Assembly: GCA_964016885.1 (NCBI GenBank)
Contig: OZ024740.1
Coordinates: forward strand, 329,654,001 to 329,718,000
Length of the DNA: 64,000 nt
Direction of reading: 5' to 3'
Source of the DNA: Eledone cirrhosa
Lineage: Eukaryota
This document shows, in pieces, positions 13,901-27,419 of this stretch. A program made the translations under genes and the position numbers. The first letter of the stretch is position 1, and the number at the start of each line of letters is the position of its first letter. Below the pieces are notes generated by a model. It was not told the origin of the DNA. It did not search any database and was given only the letters and a program-made list of their open reading frames with translations.

Positions 13901-13909
<9 letters not shown>
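13430..13909 (-). mobile_element. Foldback element with ~189-bp inverted arms, 42-bp spacer and ~60-nt unpaired tail; no HHR found
   Basis: 13490-13678 is the reverse complement of 13721-13909 with scattered mismatches. The tail resembles 17877-17915 (agctctgatta..ttcattgagccac). Confidence 0.8.
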
Positions 13910-13939
<30 letters not shown>

Positions 13940-14673
13940 TATGGAATGCACATGAGCCTGTGTTTCTGCGTGTGTGCTTGCAACGATATGCGTTGACATA
14001 CAGGCATATGTACTTTATGCCGAAATAGGAATTGAAGTCCTTTGCCTTTCCGGATTTTGACACACAGGTTTTTGGTGTATTACACTCCACTTTCATCTCA
14101 TTGGCTCTTAAAACGCACCGCTCGATGATAAAATAAGAGTTGTACTTCTGGACACTTCTCGATTCTGACACACATGTTTTCTACTTTATTAAATATTTTT
14201 CAAATCTTTCAAATATTGATATTGGTTATTCCACACGCGCATTTTTTATTTGTTTGGCACTCCCCATCACGTGAAATGGTGGCAGGATAGATGTCAACCT
14301 ACACACACAAATTCTTCAGAACATAGCAGCAGCACACTAAGGCTGACCTGCCAGCTGACCCTTTAGCACCACTACCACTACCAACACAGTGGAGGAGGTC
14401 AGCTGGAAGTCAGCATCCGGACAGAAACAACTTCAACAGATTGTCTTGCTTAAGAAAAATTTCTATAGACTTTTTACTGAGGAATGTTCTCACAACTACT
14501 AACCAATGGGATGCGAGCGTGTCCTATGACGCCGAAATTCGTTTGTTCTAATTCATATGATTCCAGTACCTCAGAGGAATAACAAAACAACCAGAAGCTG
14601 GACATATCGATGTATTGACGGAGTAAAACACACTTCAACAACATGTGTACCTGTCTTTCCCACACAAATTCGG

Positions 14674-14728
14674 ACTGATTGAAGAGGTCACAGACAATGA
14701 TGGCTGTCACCGAAATATATACAGCAGT
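14674..14728 (+). ncRNA. Minimal type I HHR in the 3' pLTR (decayed copy)
   Basis: actga-TTGAAGA-ggtcacagacaatgatggctgtcacc-GAAA-tatata-CA-gcagt; the consensus with 12342-12400 restores a canonical HHR. Confidence 0.6.
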
Positions 14729-15732
14729 ATATCTATAATCTATAATAAGCGAAACCAAATTTTACATATTTGACTTAATTATTTTACATTACTCCGGAGT
14801 AAACAAACCAACCTGCGCACTTCGTCGAGTGCTCCGATCTGCATACTGAGGTGTCGATAAACAACCAACATATACTCATTATATATATATATATATATAT
14901 AAATACATAACTTTGAATGTATGTATGCGTATCTCTCTCTCTTTTCTCTCTCTCCCCCTCTCTCTCTGTCTTTATTTCGCTCTTTCTCTTTCTCTCTGTT
15001 TCTCTTCCCCTGTCTCGTTCGGTAATTGCATGCATGATTCTGTCGAGAGAGAATTAACAGAAAATACACCCCACTTGACATTGATTGATGTTTATATTCA
15101 GATTCTATTTCCGATGTGATAACGTTTACTTATTAGAAGTTCGCACGTTACATATTAATTAATTAACCTTCTCGTTACCATGTGTCTAATGTAATGCACA
15201 GTGATATATTTCAATTAATTTTGAAAATAATCAATTTTTTGCAGGAATTAAAGATTTTCATTAGTAGGCTGACAGCTAGTACACTACTTAAACAAATGAC
15301 TTAAATAATATTATACTGCAAGTATTTAATATAAGTATTAACTTTTTATAATCAGCAAATTGTATCATAAATGAAGTATAGTGTTTGGTGGTTTGGTATT
15401 ACAAGTGTTACATTACATTTGAATATGTAGTGTAACTATTTCAGGCTTGAAATTCTAAGACTTTATAATGGATATTTAATTATTTTGCAAGACTAGACAC
15501 TTTACAGGTATTAAAACATTTAACACCAGAATAAAATGTTTTAATGTTTTATACTCACAATGAAATCATTTGTATCATATTATTTCCACTATATACTTTC
15601 GGCCCAATAAATGTCAGAGAAAAATTGTCAGTTAGCAATCCACGTAGTTATAGACGAAGGAATGTTTATGAAATAATACACAGTGATTTTCATATACGTA
15701 GAAATATTAATAGGTACACATACACATATACA

Positions 15733-15841
<109 letters not shown>

Positions 15842-16012
15842 TTGTAATAATAACAATATTTATATTTATATATATTTAATACAACCATAAATATGGAGGG
15901 TAGTACTAGCCGGTCACCGGTATGCCAAAACACTCAATACAAATTCTCAAGTGTTTTACAGAGCCGAGATACAAAGTGTTACAACGAGCAAATTTTAGTT
16001 TATAACATTTAT

Positions 16013-16062
16013 TTGGTGACAATTGTTTCTTCCAGAGGGAAGTCTGGATTCATCGGAGCATA
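16013..16062 (-). ncRNA. Minimal type I HHR motif with U4C core, in a probable PLE 3'UTR/pLTR remnant (~15876-16500)
   Basis: Minus: atgct-CCGATGA-a tccaga cttccc tctgga a-GAAA-caattg-TC-accaa; palindromic ACAATTGT; stem I partly decayed. Confidence 0.6.
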
Positions 16063-17227
16063 TGGAATGTCGAAACATGTGACTACAATCCTAGTCATTT
16101 AGAACATTTAGGGTACATAATTGTTATTAGTGTCATAGACATCATGTGTAGAGTCAGAAGTTGAAAATATGTTCTGCTTGAGAGAACACAATTATAGGCA
16201 GCACTGGTTGAAATGTAGGAGGTATAGGCGAAAAGTACAAGCAAAAAGATACAGGCAAAAAAAGTTATAAGGAAGGAAAATTGGTTTACAATGCAGGAGT
16301 CAATACAGTCGATAATACATGTATGAGGAAAGTGTTATAATGCAGTTGAAATAAACATATTTTGTGTGGGGTGTTAAGGCATGTTATAATTGTTAGAAAT
16401 GTTTAAGATAGTGTGCAATTTGTTAGAGAGGCATGTGGTGATAATGTAGGTATTTCAAACCTCACATAACAAATACCTATCTCACATCCTCTGGATAAAT
16501 CTCTATCGGCTGAAACATTTGTTAGTTTTCCAGCATATCGTCTCTTTAGGTGTTTATTATTCTTTATATATCAGCTCTGCATGACCCCTACTGCATTGAA
16601 CTTTAAGTCTATACCCAATAATAGCAACACTGTTATTGTTACTGAATTATGTATAAATATATATATATATAACATAAATATCATATGCCTATCCATATAT
16701 ATACATATGGGCGCGTGTGTGTACTTTTTATTTTTACTTAATCACCGCTGAAATGGTGTACAATTTACAATGTGTATAATTTACAATTAACAAACCTGTC
16801 TAGACAGTAAAGGAGTTAGAAAGATACATATTTTAAGACTTCTGTGATATATCAAGAAACTCATATATAAATACTTTTCAATTTCGCAAATTATTTGTCA
16901 AATAGCCTCTATATTTTCGAATATTTACTGAATTAAATATTTCTTCAATGACATTTATTGAATATACTTCAATGTTTCATATATACATATATACTGTATA
17001 GATTCCTGATATGTGTCGAGGGTGCAACCATAGTTAACAAAGGTATTGAATACATTCGTAGAGTGTAGGAAACTTCATTATATATATAAATGACATCTAC
17101 AAAATTAGAACTGTGTAATTCTGCGGTAGCAGTCGAAGTGTATAATAACATTTATATATGTTTTTTAAATACAGAGTGTGTACCCGAGAAAGTAGCAACA
17201 TATATATAATGATATACACAGACACAC

Positions 17228-17254
<27 letters not shown>

Positions 17255-17259
<5 letters not shown>

Positions 17260-17559
17260 GAGGTGAGTTTTATTGTAGTACAATAAAGCAATGCAGATAT
17301 CGGATAAGAAGCACTCTACAGTTTGTAGGACTGGAGTATGCATAATATAAGATCAAAAGATGGTTAAAGGAGTTCCATGTATTTTATTATGCGCATTTCA
17401 AAAACAAATATCATCATGCAATATCCACAAGTGTGTTTTAGCCTTCATATCATGTTCTCCTGTTTTATCTGATGAAAACACAAATATTATTGCATGATGA
17501 TGTTTGTTTTTGAAATGCGCATAATAAAATACATGGAACTCCTTTAACCATCTTTTGAT

Positions 17560-17564
<5 letters not shown>
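17255..17564 (-). mobile_element. Second family C foldback in opposite orientation, with an intact HHR at 17463-17529 (+)
   Basis: Near-identical to 10328-10690. Tail 17255-17345, shortened main arm 17346-17423, inverted arm to 17564 with CTGATGA 17469-17475 and GAAA 17512-17515. Confidence 0.88.
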
Positions 17565-17629
<65 letters not shown>

Positions 17630-18390
17630 GACATATCAAATGTGCAGGCAGAAGAAATTTACCTAATATTTTTTTTAGTCCGTAGAAATTAACTAAATCA
17701 ATATTCAGTTACACGGAGCTAAGTGTAACATGTAAATTTGAAGGAATAATAGATGTTAACAATATTCCTCTAGTCCCGACTGTAGACAGATCAATCGTTG
17801 CAGTATCCATGGGGCGTCAAGCTTATCAATAGACTCCTTCAATTAGGATCTGTTCTTAAAACCTATAATTTTAATAGAGCTCTGATTAAAATGTCATTCA
17901 TTCATTCATTGAGCCACCCCACGTTGTCAATGTCCCCCCAGTGTTCCCTTTGGGGGTCCTTATACATCGGATAAACTGGACGCCGTTTGGCGGACCGTTT
18001 TGCTGTGCATTTGAGAGTTATACGAATCGGTTTGGATACTCCCGTCATTTCCGTTCTCCTTGTCACACTTCCCTACATGTCTCAGCCTGGGTGTCCTTTT
18101 GCATCACGGATCACAGACATTGTGCACCAGGACTGAACACAGTCTGATTTACTGCCTTGGGTCCGGTTTTATTTTCCATTTTATGTAGACGCGCTCCATC
18201 ATCCCCTTTTCTAAAAAAATATATCATACACAAAACACCAGCATCAACAGTTTTCCAAGAGATGGCAACATGAACGGACCTCATATTTTTAACTAAAAAT
18301 ACTTTTTTCAAATTTTACGCCGCACGTCCTTTCAATCTATCTAATTTCTTATTCTTTCTTCTGATGAAATACTAACGTCCGAAACGTTAA

Positions 18391-18469
<79 letters not shown>

Positions 18470-18515
18470 TATATGAAAGACGTAAAATAAGAAAATTATA
18501 AAAATTAACTTACTT

Positions 18516-19466
18516 ACACGTACATACATACATGTATACGGACGTACAGTAGTATGTATATATATATACATACATACACACATATATATATATATATATA
18601 TGTACGTATGGATTCACCGAACATTTATTATAATGCTCGGTGTGTTTGTAAACAAACATCCCGAATTAAGCCGTACAGTGTCTAGCAACGATCGTTGCTC
18701 ATTTATTCAACTCTGACAAAAGAACGCTGTACTAGTTTTAGGCTTATTAGCTATCGTCAGCAACGTATACCTTCCTGTCAGATGATTGAACGTCTGAAAG
18801 TATATACTTTCCTTATGCATATTAACGGCTGAGCAGCCTAATTTGCATATCGAGTGAGTTAATCGGCCGGGGTACCGAAAACGATAAACGGAAAAAATGA
18901 AACGAAATTTCGTTTCTCACTCTTACTACGGCTGTTACTTAAATATAAATATGTATACGTACATACATATATGTATACAGACGTACAGTAGTATGTATAT
19001 ATATATACATTCACACATATATATATGTTTATCGTTTATCGTTTTCGGTACCCCGACCGATTAACTCACTCGATATGCAAATTAGGCTCCTCAGCCGTTA
19101 ATATGAATAAGGAAAGTATATACTTTCATACGTTCAATCATCTGGCAGGAAGGTATACGTTGCTGACGATAGCTAATAAGCTTGAAACTAGTACAGCGTT
19201 CCTTTGTCAGTGTCTTGAACAAATGAGCAACGATGGTTGCTAGACACTGTACGGCTTAATTCGGGATGTTTGTTTACAAACACACCGAGCATTATAATAA
19301 ATGTTCGGTGAATCCATACGTACGTATATATATATGTGTGCATGTATGTATATATATATATATACATACTACTGGACGTCTGTATACATATATATATGTA
19401 CGTATACATACATATATTTAAGTAACAGCCGTACTAAGAGTGAGCAATGAAATTTCGTTTCATTTT

Positions 19467-19470
<4 letters not shown>
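18516..19470. mobile_element. Family A units in inverted (diverging) arrangement
   Basis: 18516-~19020 is just over one unit on the minus strand (HHR 18725-18765, GAAA>AAAA); 19027-19470 is one unit on the plus strand. Confidence 0.85.
19158..19198 (+). ncRNA. Minimal type I HHR (family A, intact)
   Basis: cgttg-CTGACGA-tagct aata agctt-GAAA-ctag-TA-cagcg. Confidence 0.8.
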
Positions 19471-19518
<48 letters not shown>

Positions 19519-19577
19519 TTACACCCATACGCACGCACACACACACACACCTACATGCGCACACACGCGCAAACATG

Positions 19578-19608
<31 letters not shown>

Positions 19609-20024
19609 GTGTGTGTATGCATATATATTTATTTAAAATTCAAGCATGGCGATGTGGTTACGACTTTCAGTGTTATTTGGTTACCGAATCCTTGTTTGTG
19701 GTATTTAGGTTACTGGTTATGTTTGTAAGATCGGCGGATAATTGAGTGGCACAAACTGAGTCTAGCACGCTTTCTCTGATCCCAAACTAATGTTAGCATG
19801 GGGCCTGAAAGTAGGTTCCTCAATTCCAATCATTGGTTTCAAAGTAGCTAGTACCCATGACTACGCAATCATTCTTATTCGGGTTTTATAAAAGTTCTTT
19901 ATCATGATTATGATGATGCTATATGGATATGAATATCGCCGAATAGTTTCGTATCAAAAATAATATAAAATGCTTTAGAATACAGTATATGATACCTTAT
20001 TTATATTATCAATTTAATATTACC

Positions 20025-20106
<82 letters not shown>

Positions 20107-20108
20107 AT

Positions 20109-20327
20109 GATATTAAATAAATGGAAACTATATTTATAAAACCATATTTATTTTATCATATATATTTCAAGGGTACCAAAACACATTGGTACGGTTTCAT
20201 CTGATAAAATACAAAGTGTGTTTTATAAATAGAGACATACCCATGAAAATCATACATCATCGATAAGGAATGTTGAGTGCTCTAAATCAGTTATAAACAT
20301 TATATTTGACTTCCATCAAATTATACC

Positions 20328-20330
<3 letters not shown>
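20109..20330 (+). mobile_element. Family D relative: inverted arm with decayed HHR (20151-20209, minus) plus tail, in (TA)n
   Basis: Shares gatattaaa.aaatggaaactatatttataaaaccatatttattt and tgttgagtgct..atcagttataaa with 52298-52820. Minus: ttttat-CAGATGA-..gtacca..tggtac..-GAAA-tatata-TG-ataaaa. Confidence 0.7.
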
Positions 20331-20401
<71 letters not shown>

Positions 20402-20406
<5 letters not shown>

Positions 20407-20795
20407 ACGAAGACGGGAGAGATGATACGCAGTGATAGACATGTGGAAAATCCTGGAGGGACTAGCACCAAACTTTGGCATTGGGAACTGGACCAACCTC
20501 CGAACAGGACGTCACTGGATGGTGCCAAAGGTCCCGTCTTGCACATCTAGAATAAGGAGCAGATATTGCAATAGCCTGGGGTTCAACTCTTCATAAATTT
20601 GCCGAGGGATCTCAGAGATCTGCATGGTGTGGATGTGGATGTTTTTAAGAAAATTCTCGAATACTTGCTATCCAGGATCCACAGCAAGGTACGAGGGAAA
20701 CAGCAACGAACTCCTGTGGCCAACCAATACAGGCTGAAGATAAAATGTGTAGAAATAAGGGCGGTACCCCAGCATGATGACTGGAACAGGTAAAA
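20402..20795 (+). mobile_element. CR1/L2-group LINE 3' fragment
   Basis: LERRRER..MWKILEGLAPNFGI..RTGRH..NSLG..LPRDLRDLHGVDVDVFKKILEYLLSRI, a typical CR1-group ORF2 C-terminus; flanked by (TA)n. Confidence 0.82.
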
Positions 20796-20881
<86 letters not shown>

Positions 20882-22867
20882 CATATATATTGTATATCCA
20901 TATTAAAAGGACGGATATACGTGATTAAGGAATAGCCGATTTGGGGCTACCACACAGATATTAAAAAAGAAATCTTTTCTATTTCTTTCCCACCCATGCG
21001 ACATACGCTAACATCAGACTTTAAAGAGAACCGTCTATATATTGAACATCACTATATCAAGAATTTGCATTAGTTGTTTCTAAAAATTCCTAGGTGGTGA
21101 ATAGAAATATATATAACGTTTGTTAATATACTAAAATGTTCTACTTATCAGTCATTGAAATGTGTATAGGAATTTTTCACGAGATGTTTTCCGTCGGATA
21201 CCACCAGGAATATATTCTTTACTCTTGTTATTAATGAAAACTGTTTACCGTTTACGTATTAATGCATATTTAACAATTACTGCTGGAGAAATGTAGCAAA
21301 TAGAGAAGCAGTAAATATACAGACTGAAGTATGAAATGTGTGTTGCTGTATATTTATACAAAAGATCTATGTATTACCAATAAATACATTGAAATGTTGT
21401 TAGACATAATTAGTTACGGTTGTGTCCTTAAGAAATTCGAATCGCAGAAATGCTGCTTCAAAGGGAAGTCTGTAGGGTCCAAATTTTCAAAAGGCTTCCC
21501 ATTTTAGCCACAGAGAGTTTGAGTTTAATTTACTAAACGGGACACCAGTAGAAACCCGCGTTTCGTTTGGTACTAACATCTCGTGCGAACATTCGTATAA
21601 AACAGTATATTTAGATAGTGCCATCACACATATCCGGCTATAAATTCGCTTGATTGAGCAGCTCTCACTTTTCTTGATAACCCAATAGAATAACAATAAA
21701 TACACCACTACAATTGAGCACCATTGTTATATAGTAATAAAAAATATGATTATTTTACAATAATATTTTTACATTTTACTGTATTGTTGGCAGACCAATT
21801 CTCAAAATAATATTTACAAAACTATGTAGGAATGTACATTGAGTAATAGTTGGCAAACCTCCGAGCATTTATTCTACCAACACATCAGTATTGGTTGTTC
21901 ATATTAATAGAACATATCGATTTGGGCGAATGATTACTAAATCGTAAACTTACGGTAGCAGGTGTAGAATGCCGGCAGAGGTGAAAGCCTGGTTTCAACG
22001 AAAGTGAAAGCGTTCGCCGCTATATGAGAGTAAATATAATTACCCTACTACACCTATAAAATGAATTGCCACGTGATAAAAATACAAGGAATAATAACGA
22101 TTTGTGTCTAAAACTGAATTCTGAAAGTGAAGCTGGAGAAATTGTAATTTTAGTTTTGAAAATATTAGTCTTGATTTTCAAAACATTAGATGTTCAAAAT
22201 ATACCAAATTAACCGTAAACAACAGCTGCGTACCGAGAATGAGGCGGGAATACGTAATGCTTAAACTCAATGTTGCATGAGTTTATAGTGAATATAGAAA
22301 AGGAAAACAAAATGATCATTAAAATCATTTTAAAATAATATGAAAGTGCAACAACAAGCCACTAACTAGTTACATCACCACCTTGAAACAATTAGACTAT
22401 CCAGCTTATTGCTTCTACGAAGAATATTTAGTTACGTAACATTAAAACATTTAAATATGTAGCATACCTAATATTAGGGCTTGAAATTCCTGAAACAAAT
22501 GATTTATTATTGACAGCTGTACTTGGAGCAGCCACGAGCATTAACTAAAAAATACAACTGAGAATTGTGTTAAAGGACAAGAACATCAAGTAAAACCAGC
22601 ATCAATAATTTTGTAAAATATAATTCAAGCACTAAAAAAGTATTGGAGGTTTGGGATGCAGTGGATTGAATCTATCTAGGGAGGTTGAAAGGTAGAGTTG
22701 GCCATCTAATTTCAGAATTAAAGAGAATGTAAATTTGAGAATGTAAAGAGCCGTAAATAAATAGGGCAATATAATTTGTCCTAACGATTCTGCCAAACCA
22801 ACGCCCACTAATAACAATTCCTGATTTAGGCACAAGACCAGAAATTTTAGAAGAGCGGGGAGTCAAC

Positions 22868-22922
<55 letters not shown>

Positions 22923-23164
22923 TTGCGAGGTTTTTAATATGAAATCGTGTGTCGAAACAAATATTGTTATACTTGGGGAGGGTCATATTTGTGTAATAGT
23001 ATTGCCAGAATTGCCAGAATTAATAACAGAACACTTTAATCAGTGAACAAGAACAACAAATCCTGCAGCTACCACCAAAATGTGCCATCTACAAAAAGAT
23101 TAACCCTATTGAGTGCAAAACGGAGCTAGAAACGTGTTTCACAAAAATATGTTGGAATGCTAAA

Positions 23165-23700
23165 GTAAACAACAACAACAACTATACGGACAACACCAAC
23201 AATAATAACGATAGTAGTAATATAAACAATAACTCTGAGTATAGAAATAACAGCTATAATAGTAATAGTCATAACAATAACAATAGCAGGAGAATGAGAA
23301 ATAGTAATAATGGTAATAATATTAACGATAGACAGAACAACAACAACCACAATAATGATAATAATAGAAACATTAGCTACAGACACAGCAGCTGCGACCA
23401 CAGTATTAATGACGGTAACAATACGAATAACAACAACAACAGTGGTAATAATAGAAATAATATATGTAGCAACATTAATGATAGACACAACAAAAACAAG
23501 AAACATAATAAAAGTAACAACCACAATGGTAGAAATAACAGTAACAACAATAACGGTGGAGAAAACAACAACAATACATCTAACCATCACAGCAACAATA
23601 CATCTAGCAATCATAACAATAATAATAATGCTAATGATAGGAACAACAACAACCACCATAATAACAATAATAGCAACACACACAACTATGACGATAGATA
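23165..23700. repeat. Degenerate (AAC/AAT)n low-complexity tract
   Basis: Direct reading; explains the N/T/I-rich pseudo-ORFs. Confidence 0.85.
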
Positions 23701-23803
23701 TAATTGTTTCTACTTTAGGCACAAGGCCAGCAATTAACCAGTGCATTACTGGTACTTTATTTTATCGACCCCGTAAGGATGAAAGGCAACGTCAACCTCG
23801 ACG
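23701..23803 (-). mobile_element. Nin-domain SINE, 5'-truncated
   Basis: Reverse complement contains gcctttcatccttacggggtcgataaaataaagtaccag and the tail ggccttgtgcc..agaaacaatt. Confidence 0.85.
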
Positions 23804-23804
23804 A

Positions 23805-25743
23805 GCACCTAAGAGAAACTATTCTTCAACCCAGCTGACAAAACATATAAGATGGGTAATATCTATCCTACGAGGTTACCCTTTAATAAAAGAGTTTGCA
23901 TACCACAACAAATAGATGACGAGATAGAGGCATAGTTCACCATAGCTAGAAATAAGATTAGACAAATAGTAGACCGGTATAACTAAGAGACAGAGCAGAC
24001 CAGAGGTCCAACAACTTGGGAGGAAACCTGTAGAAGGCTTGGTTAGCCTCAAGCAGCGCACAAGGCATGGTGCGGTAGTTTGTCTACACACGGATAAGTC
24101 TGGTAGGATGTCAATAGACAGCATGCCGAACTACATCAAGGCTATGCAACACCACATCACCAACACGAGCGAAATTGCACAGCAAATACATGATGGGAGA
24201 GAGAAAATCCCCAACGCTCACATATGGACCGACATCCTAAAGCCAAGCAGACGCACTGCCAACAATTTCCAGGTGTCCAACAATGGCATACCACACTTGT
24301 ATGGGCTCCGCAAAGACTATAAGACGGTCGACGACCCGACAACAGGACCACCAACAAGACCTGTATGCGGAGCAAATACAGCTAGCAACTACAGGATCTC
24401 CTACTTACTCTCAATGGTTAAACGCCCCATAATCAAGATGTCCCCAGATGTATGTGACAGTACAGAGGACCTCTTCAGCAGAATCAGTGAGTGCAACAAA
24501 AACAGGAACCTTTCCAACTCCATAATAGGCAGTATGGATGTGGTATCACTGTACCCATCCATTAATATTGATTTTGCTGTGGAAAAATGTGTAGAGATGA
24601 TCATTGAGAGTGAAGTGGAGTTCTGCGACGTCGACACAGACGAACTGGGCCTCCTACTTAAACTTACCTACGACACTGACTACCTAGATAGCCATGACCT
24701 TAGACGTTTCTGCTCCAGTAGACCCATAAGAGGTAGATCCCCCGCCATAACCTCAATGGCAAAAAAGACTCCCATGAGAAGGTGGATTGGGTGGACCAAA
24801 GCTATACGGACCCCCCAAAACAATGATCAGGTAAGAAAAATGGTTGCACATGCAATAGGGTCTAGTATCAAAACTACTCTAAAGGGCCACATATTCAAGT
24901 TCAACGACAAGATCTACACCCAAAATGAGGGAGCAGTCATTGGCGTCAGCATAGCTGGTGATGTTGCCAACCTTTTTATGGTATGGTGGGAAAGGTGATT
25001 CAAAGATCTCCTTGATGAGAGCTCCATAGACCTCAACATGTACTCTCGTTACATAGACGACATCAATATAATAATAAGGACATCCCCACGAGAGTGCACT
25101 AACAAGTTTGATTTAGAACGTAGCACAATGGAAAGCATCAAGCAGATAGCTAATTACATACACCAGAGTATAACTGTATCTATCGACTACTCTTCCAAAC
25201 ACCCTAACGATAGACTACCTGTATTAGACACGGAACTCTGGATTAACACTATAGACGAGAGAGCCCAAATTCTCCACTCACACTATGCTAAACCCATGGC
25301 CTCCAAATACCTGATACTCAAAAACTCAGCAATCTTCAAGGGTTTAATATGCTGATCACAGACTTGGTACGAGTGATGAAGAACGTGTCCCGCATGTGCG
25401 ACCCAACAGAAATGGAAAGACACACCCAACACTTCATCAACCGCATGCAGTTCTCTGGCTAGAACCAAACAGACAGAATCAGAGTATACGAAGAAGCCAC
25501 GGAGAAGTATAAGATTCTCATAGAACTGGACATGAAAGGAATTTGCTCATTATACAGGATCAAATCATGGAATAGCTTAGATAGGACTAGACATAAGATA
25601 GGGAAAGCCACCTCATGGTACAACAACCAGAGATACCAGAGTGTCATGTTTGTGGACGCTACCCCTGGAGGGAAATTAGCTAACCAGTGTAGAAAGGCCC
25701 TAAGAAAGACCCACTTAAATATTAAGGTGGTAGAAAGATTAAG
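23805..25743 (+). mobile_element. Penelope-like element with Naiad-like RT (pseudogene), endonuclease end missing
   Basis: TDKSG, LYGLRKDYK, RPVCGA, IIGSMDVVSLYPSI, a long insertion (GRSPAIT..W), YTQNEGAVIGVSIAGDVANLFMVWW, RYIDD, LPVLDTELW, HYAKPMASK, SVMFVDATPGGKLA, IKVVER. Confidence 0.85.
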
Positions 25744-26752
25744 GTCTCGCTGACCGAGCTGCAGTGCTGGGTCAAGCAAAGACCGAGGAAAATGGGCGAC
25801 TGGTACATCGAATGTGCTCAGGCGCTCACAGTCCTCTGGCAAACAGACCCGGCGGTCAGTGGAGACTCCACTACGACATTCTATAGAGGGTTGGTTCGCA
25901 GCAAATGCGACGACACGCTCGGAGAAATTTTGGGCGTAGAGGAGGACGAACTGGCCAGTCTGTTCGGTAGGACCTTCCTCCCGGAACCAATGGACAACTT
26001 CCGAAAGTCCCTGGCCTGGCAGTGCATCCGAGGAGCTCTACCAGTTCGAAACAACTCTACAGACACGGGCGCCCGGGTAGGGACCCTTCGAAAAAGATCT
26101 GTCCGAGATATTGCGAGACGAGGTAACCGTCGCACACGAATTTGTACACTGCCCGGGCGTTACCGACCTGTGGGGCTATGTAGAACGACTATTGTCGCGG
26201 ATGGGACCAATCCAGTTGACCACCGAGTCCATTGTCATTATCAAACCGCCACCCTCCTTCAAAAACGAGGGAGAGGCGGCTTTCCTATGTGTTATGGCTA
26301 TGGTGAAAGAGGTTATATGGTGGACGAGGTTAAAAGGGCTGAGGTCAGATACCTTTCTCTCCGGCGAGCAACTGATTCGTTTTTTCAAATATCATTTTGA
26401 AGAAGAATATGGATAGAGAGAGAGGTGCTATACTCCAGCAAATTTTATAAAAGGTGGGGGAATGTGGCAAAGATGGCTCGAGTAGTGGGGCCTTCTCTCT
26501 ATATAAGCCTGTAGGTTGAGGAAAAAGAGGAAGAGAGGAAGGGAGTACTTAGTCTTAGTGCTCCTGGAGTTGAGGGTTGTACATCTAATCGGGGTGTGTA
26601 CAACCCCTGTGTAACACCTCCCCCCTATTGGGGATTTCAATTGTTATTTGTTATTGTATTAATAGTTTTATTTTCATATAACTGTATGTAAACTCACCAT
26701 TTGTATTTGTCCCCTTCTTTTGTGCCCTTGTGGCTAATAAAGAAATTTATTC
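25744..26752 (+). mobile_element. 5'-truncated Tx1/L1-type LINE (ORF2 C-terminus and 3'UTR)
   Basis: VSLTELQCWVKQRPR..MDNFRKSLAWQCIRGALPVR..WWTRLKGL aligns with the C-terminus of ORF 45090-46652; AATAAA at ~26735. Confidence 0.9.
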
Positions 26753-26988
26753 TATCTATATTGATAATATAAACATAAATATACATACATGCAGACGTAC
26801 ACGAACGCACAGCATAGACATATTTAACAATAACTTACCCTATATAAAAACACACAATTACTACAATAGTTAATACATGCGTATTACGTTTAATAAATAC
26901 GCGCCCGCACGCCGGCACACACAGAGATGTACACACAAATTTAATTAAACACAAACAAGCCCTCCCCCCTTTATATATATATATATGC

Positions 26989-27062
<74 letters not shown>

Positions 27063-27419
27063 ACATGGTGGCTGCCAACTCGTTTTCGAGTACGGCCACT
27101 ACTTTATATCCATGTAGGAGAACCCCTACCGATGCGCTGAACGAGTGTGACATTTTAGTCCAGCCAGCGACTTGAAAGCTCTGGTACAAACACTACACTT
27201 GTGACAATTATTGACACATAGTCCTAGCCCATGGTATCATTTGACGACAAGTGCACAGCGATCTCCAAATATAAAGCAATGCCTGTACCGTGAAGCTTTT
27301 ATAGTGAGCAAAATCACTGCACAAAGCCAGTCCCACTCTCTTAACCAAGATGATATTTACCAAAAAGAAGAACAAGTCAACATCATTGGATACCATCAGG
27401 GTTGCAGGTGTTATATAAG

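Larger units (their letters stand above)
12283..14880 (+). mobile_element. 5'-truncated Penelope-like element: inverted pLTR, GIY-YIG remnant, 3' pLTR and ~95-nt tail, interrupted by later inserts
   Basis: ~12283-12651 is the reverse complement of ~14414-14786; GIY-YIG fragment between; both ends abut (TA)n. Confidence 0.8.

Noticed and set aside
14341-14415. GC-rich hairpin followed by GAAA-caa..ttg-TC as a second HHR
   Set aside because: No CUGANGA half is present and the inverted copy lacks the GAAA.
22100-22550. Possible RLE LINE 3' remnant (TAVLGAA)
   Set aside because: Too degenerate to support.
23126-23915. Asn/Thr/Ile-rich ORFs of 147-206 aa
   Set aside because: Low-complexity AAC/AAT tract running into a SINE; open in several frames on both strands.
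24996-24998. In-frame TGA in the Naiad-like RT as possible selenocysteine
   Set aside because: The context WWER*F is not a conserved Cys position, the copy has other lesions, and the 3' region that would carry a SECIS is missing.
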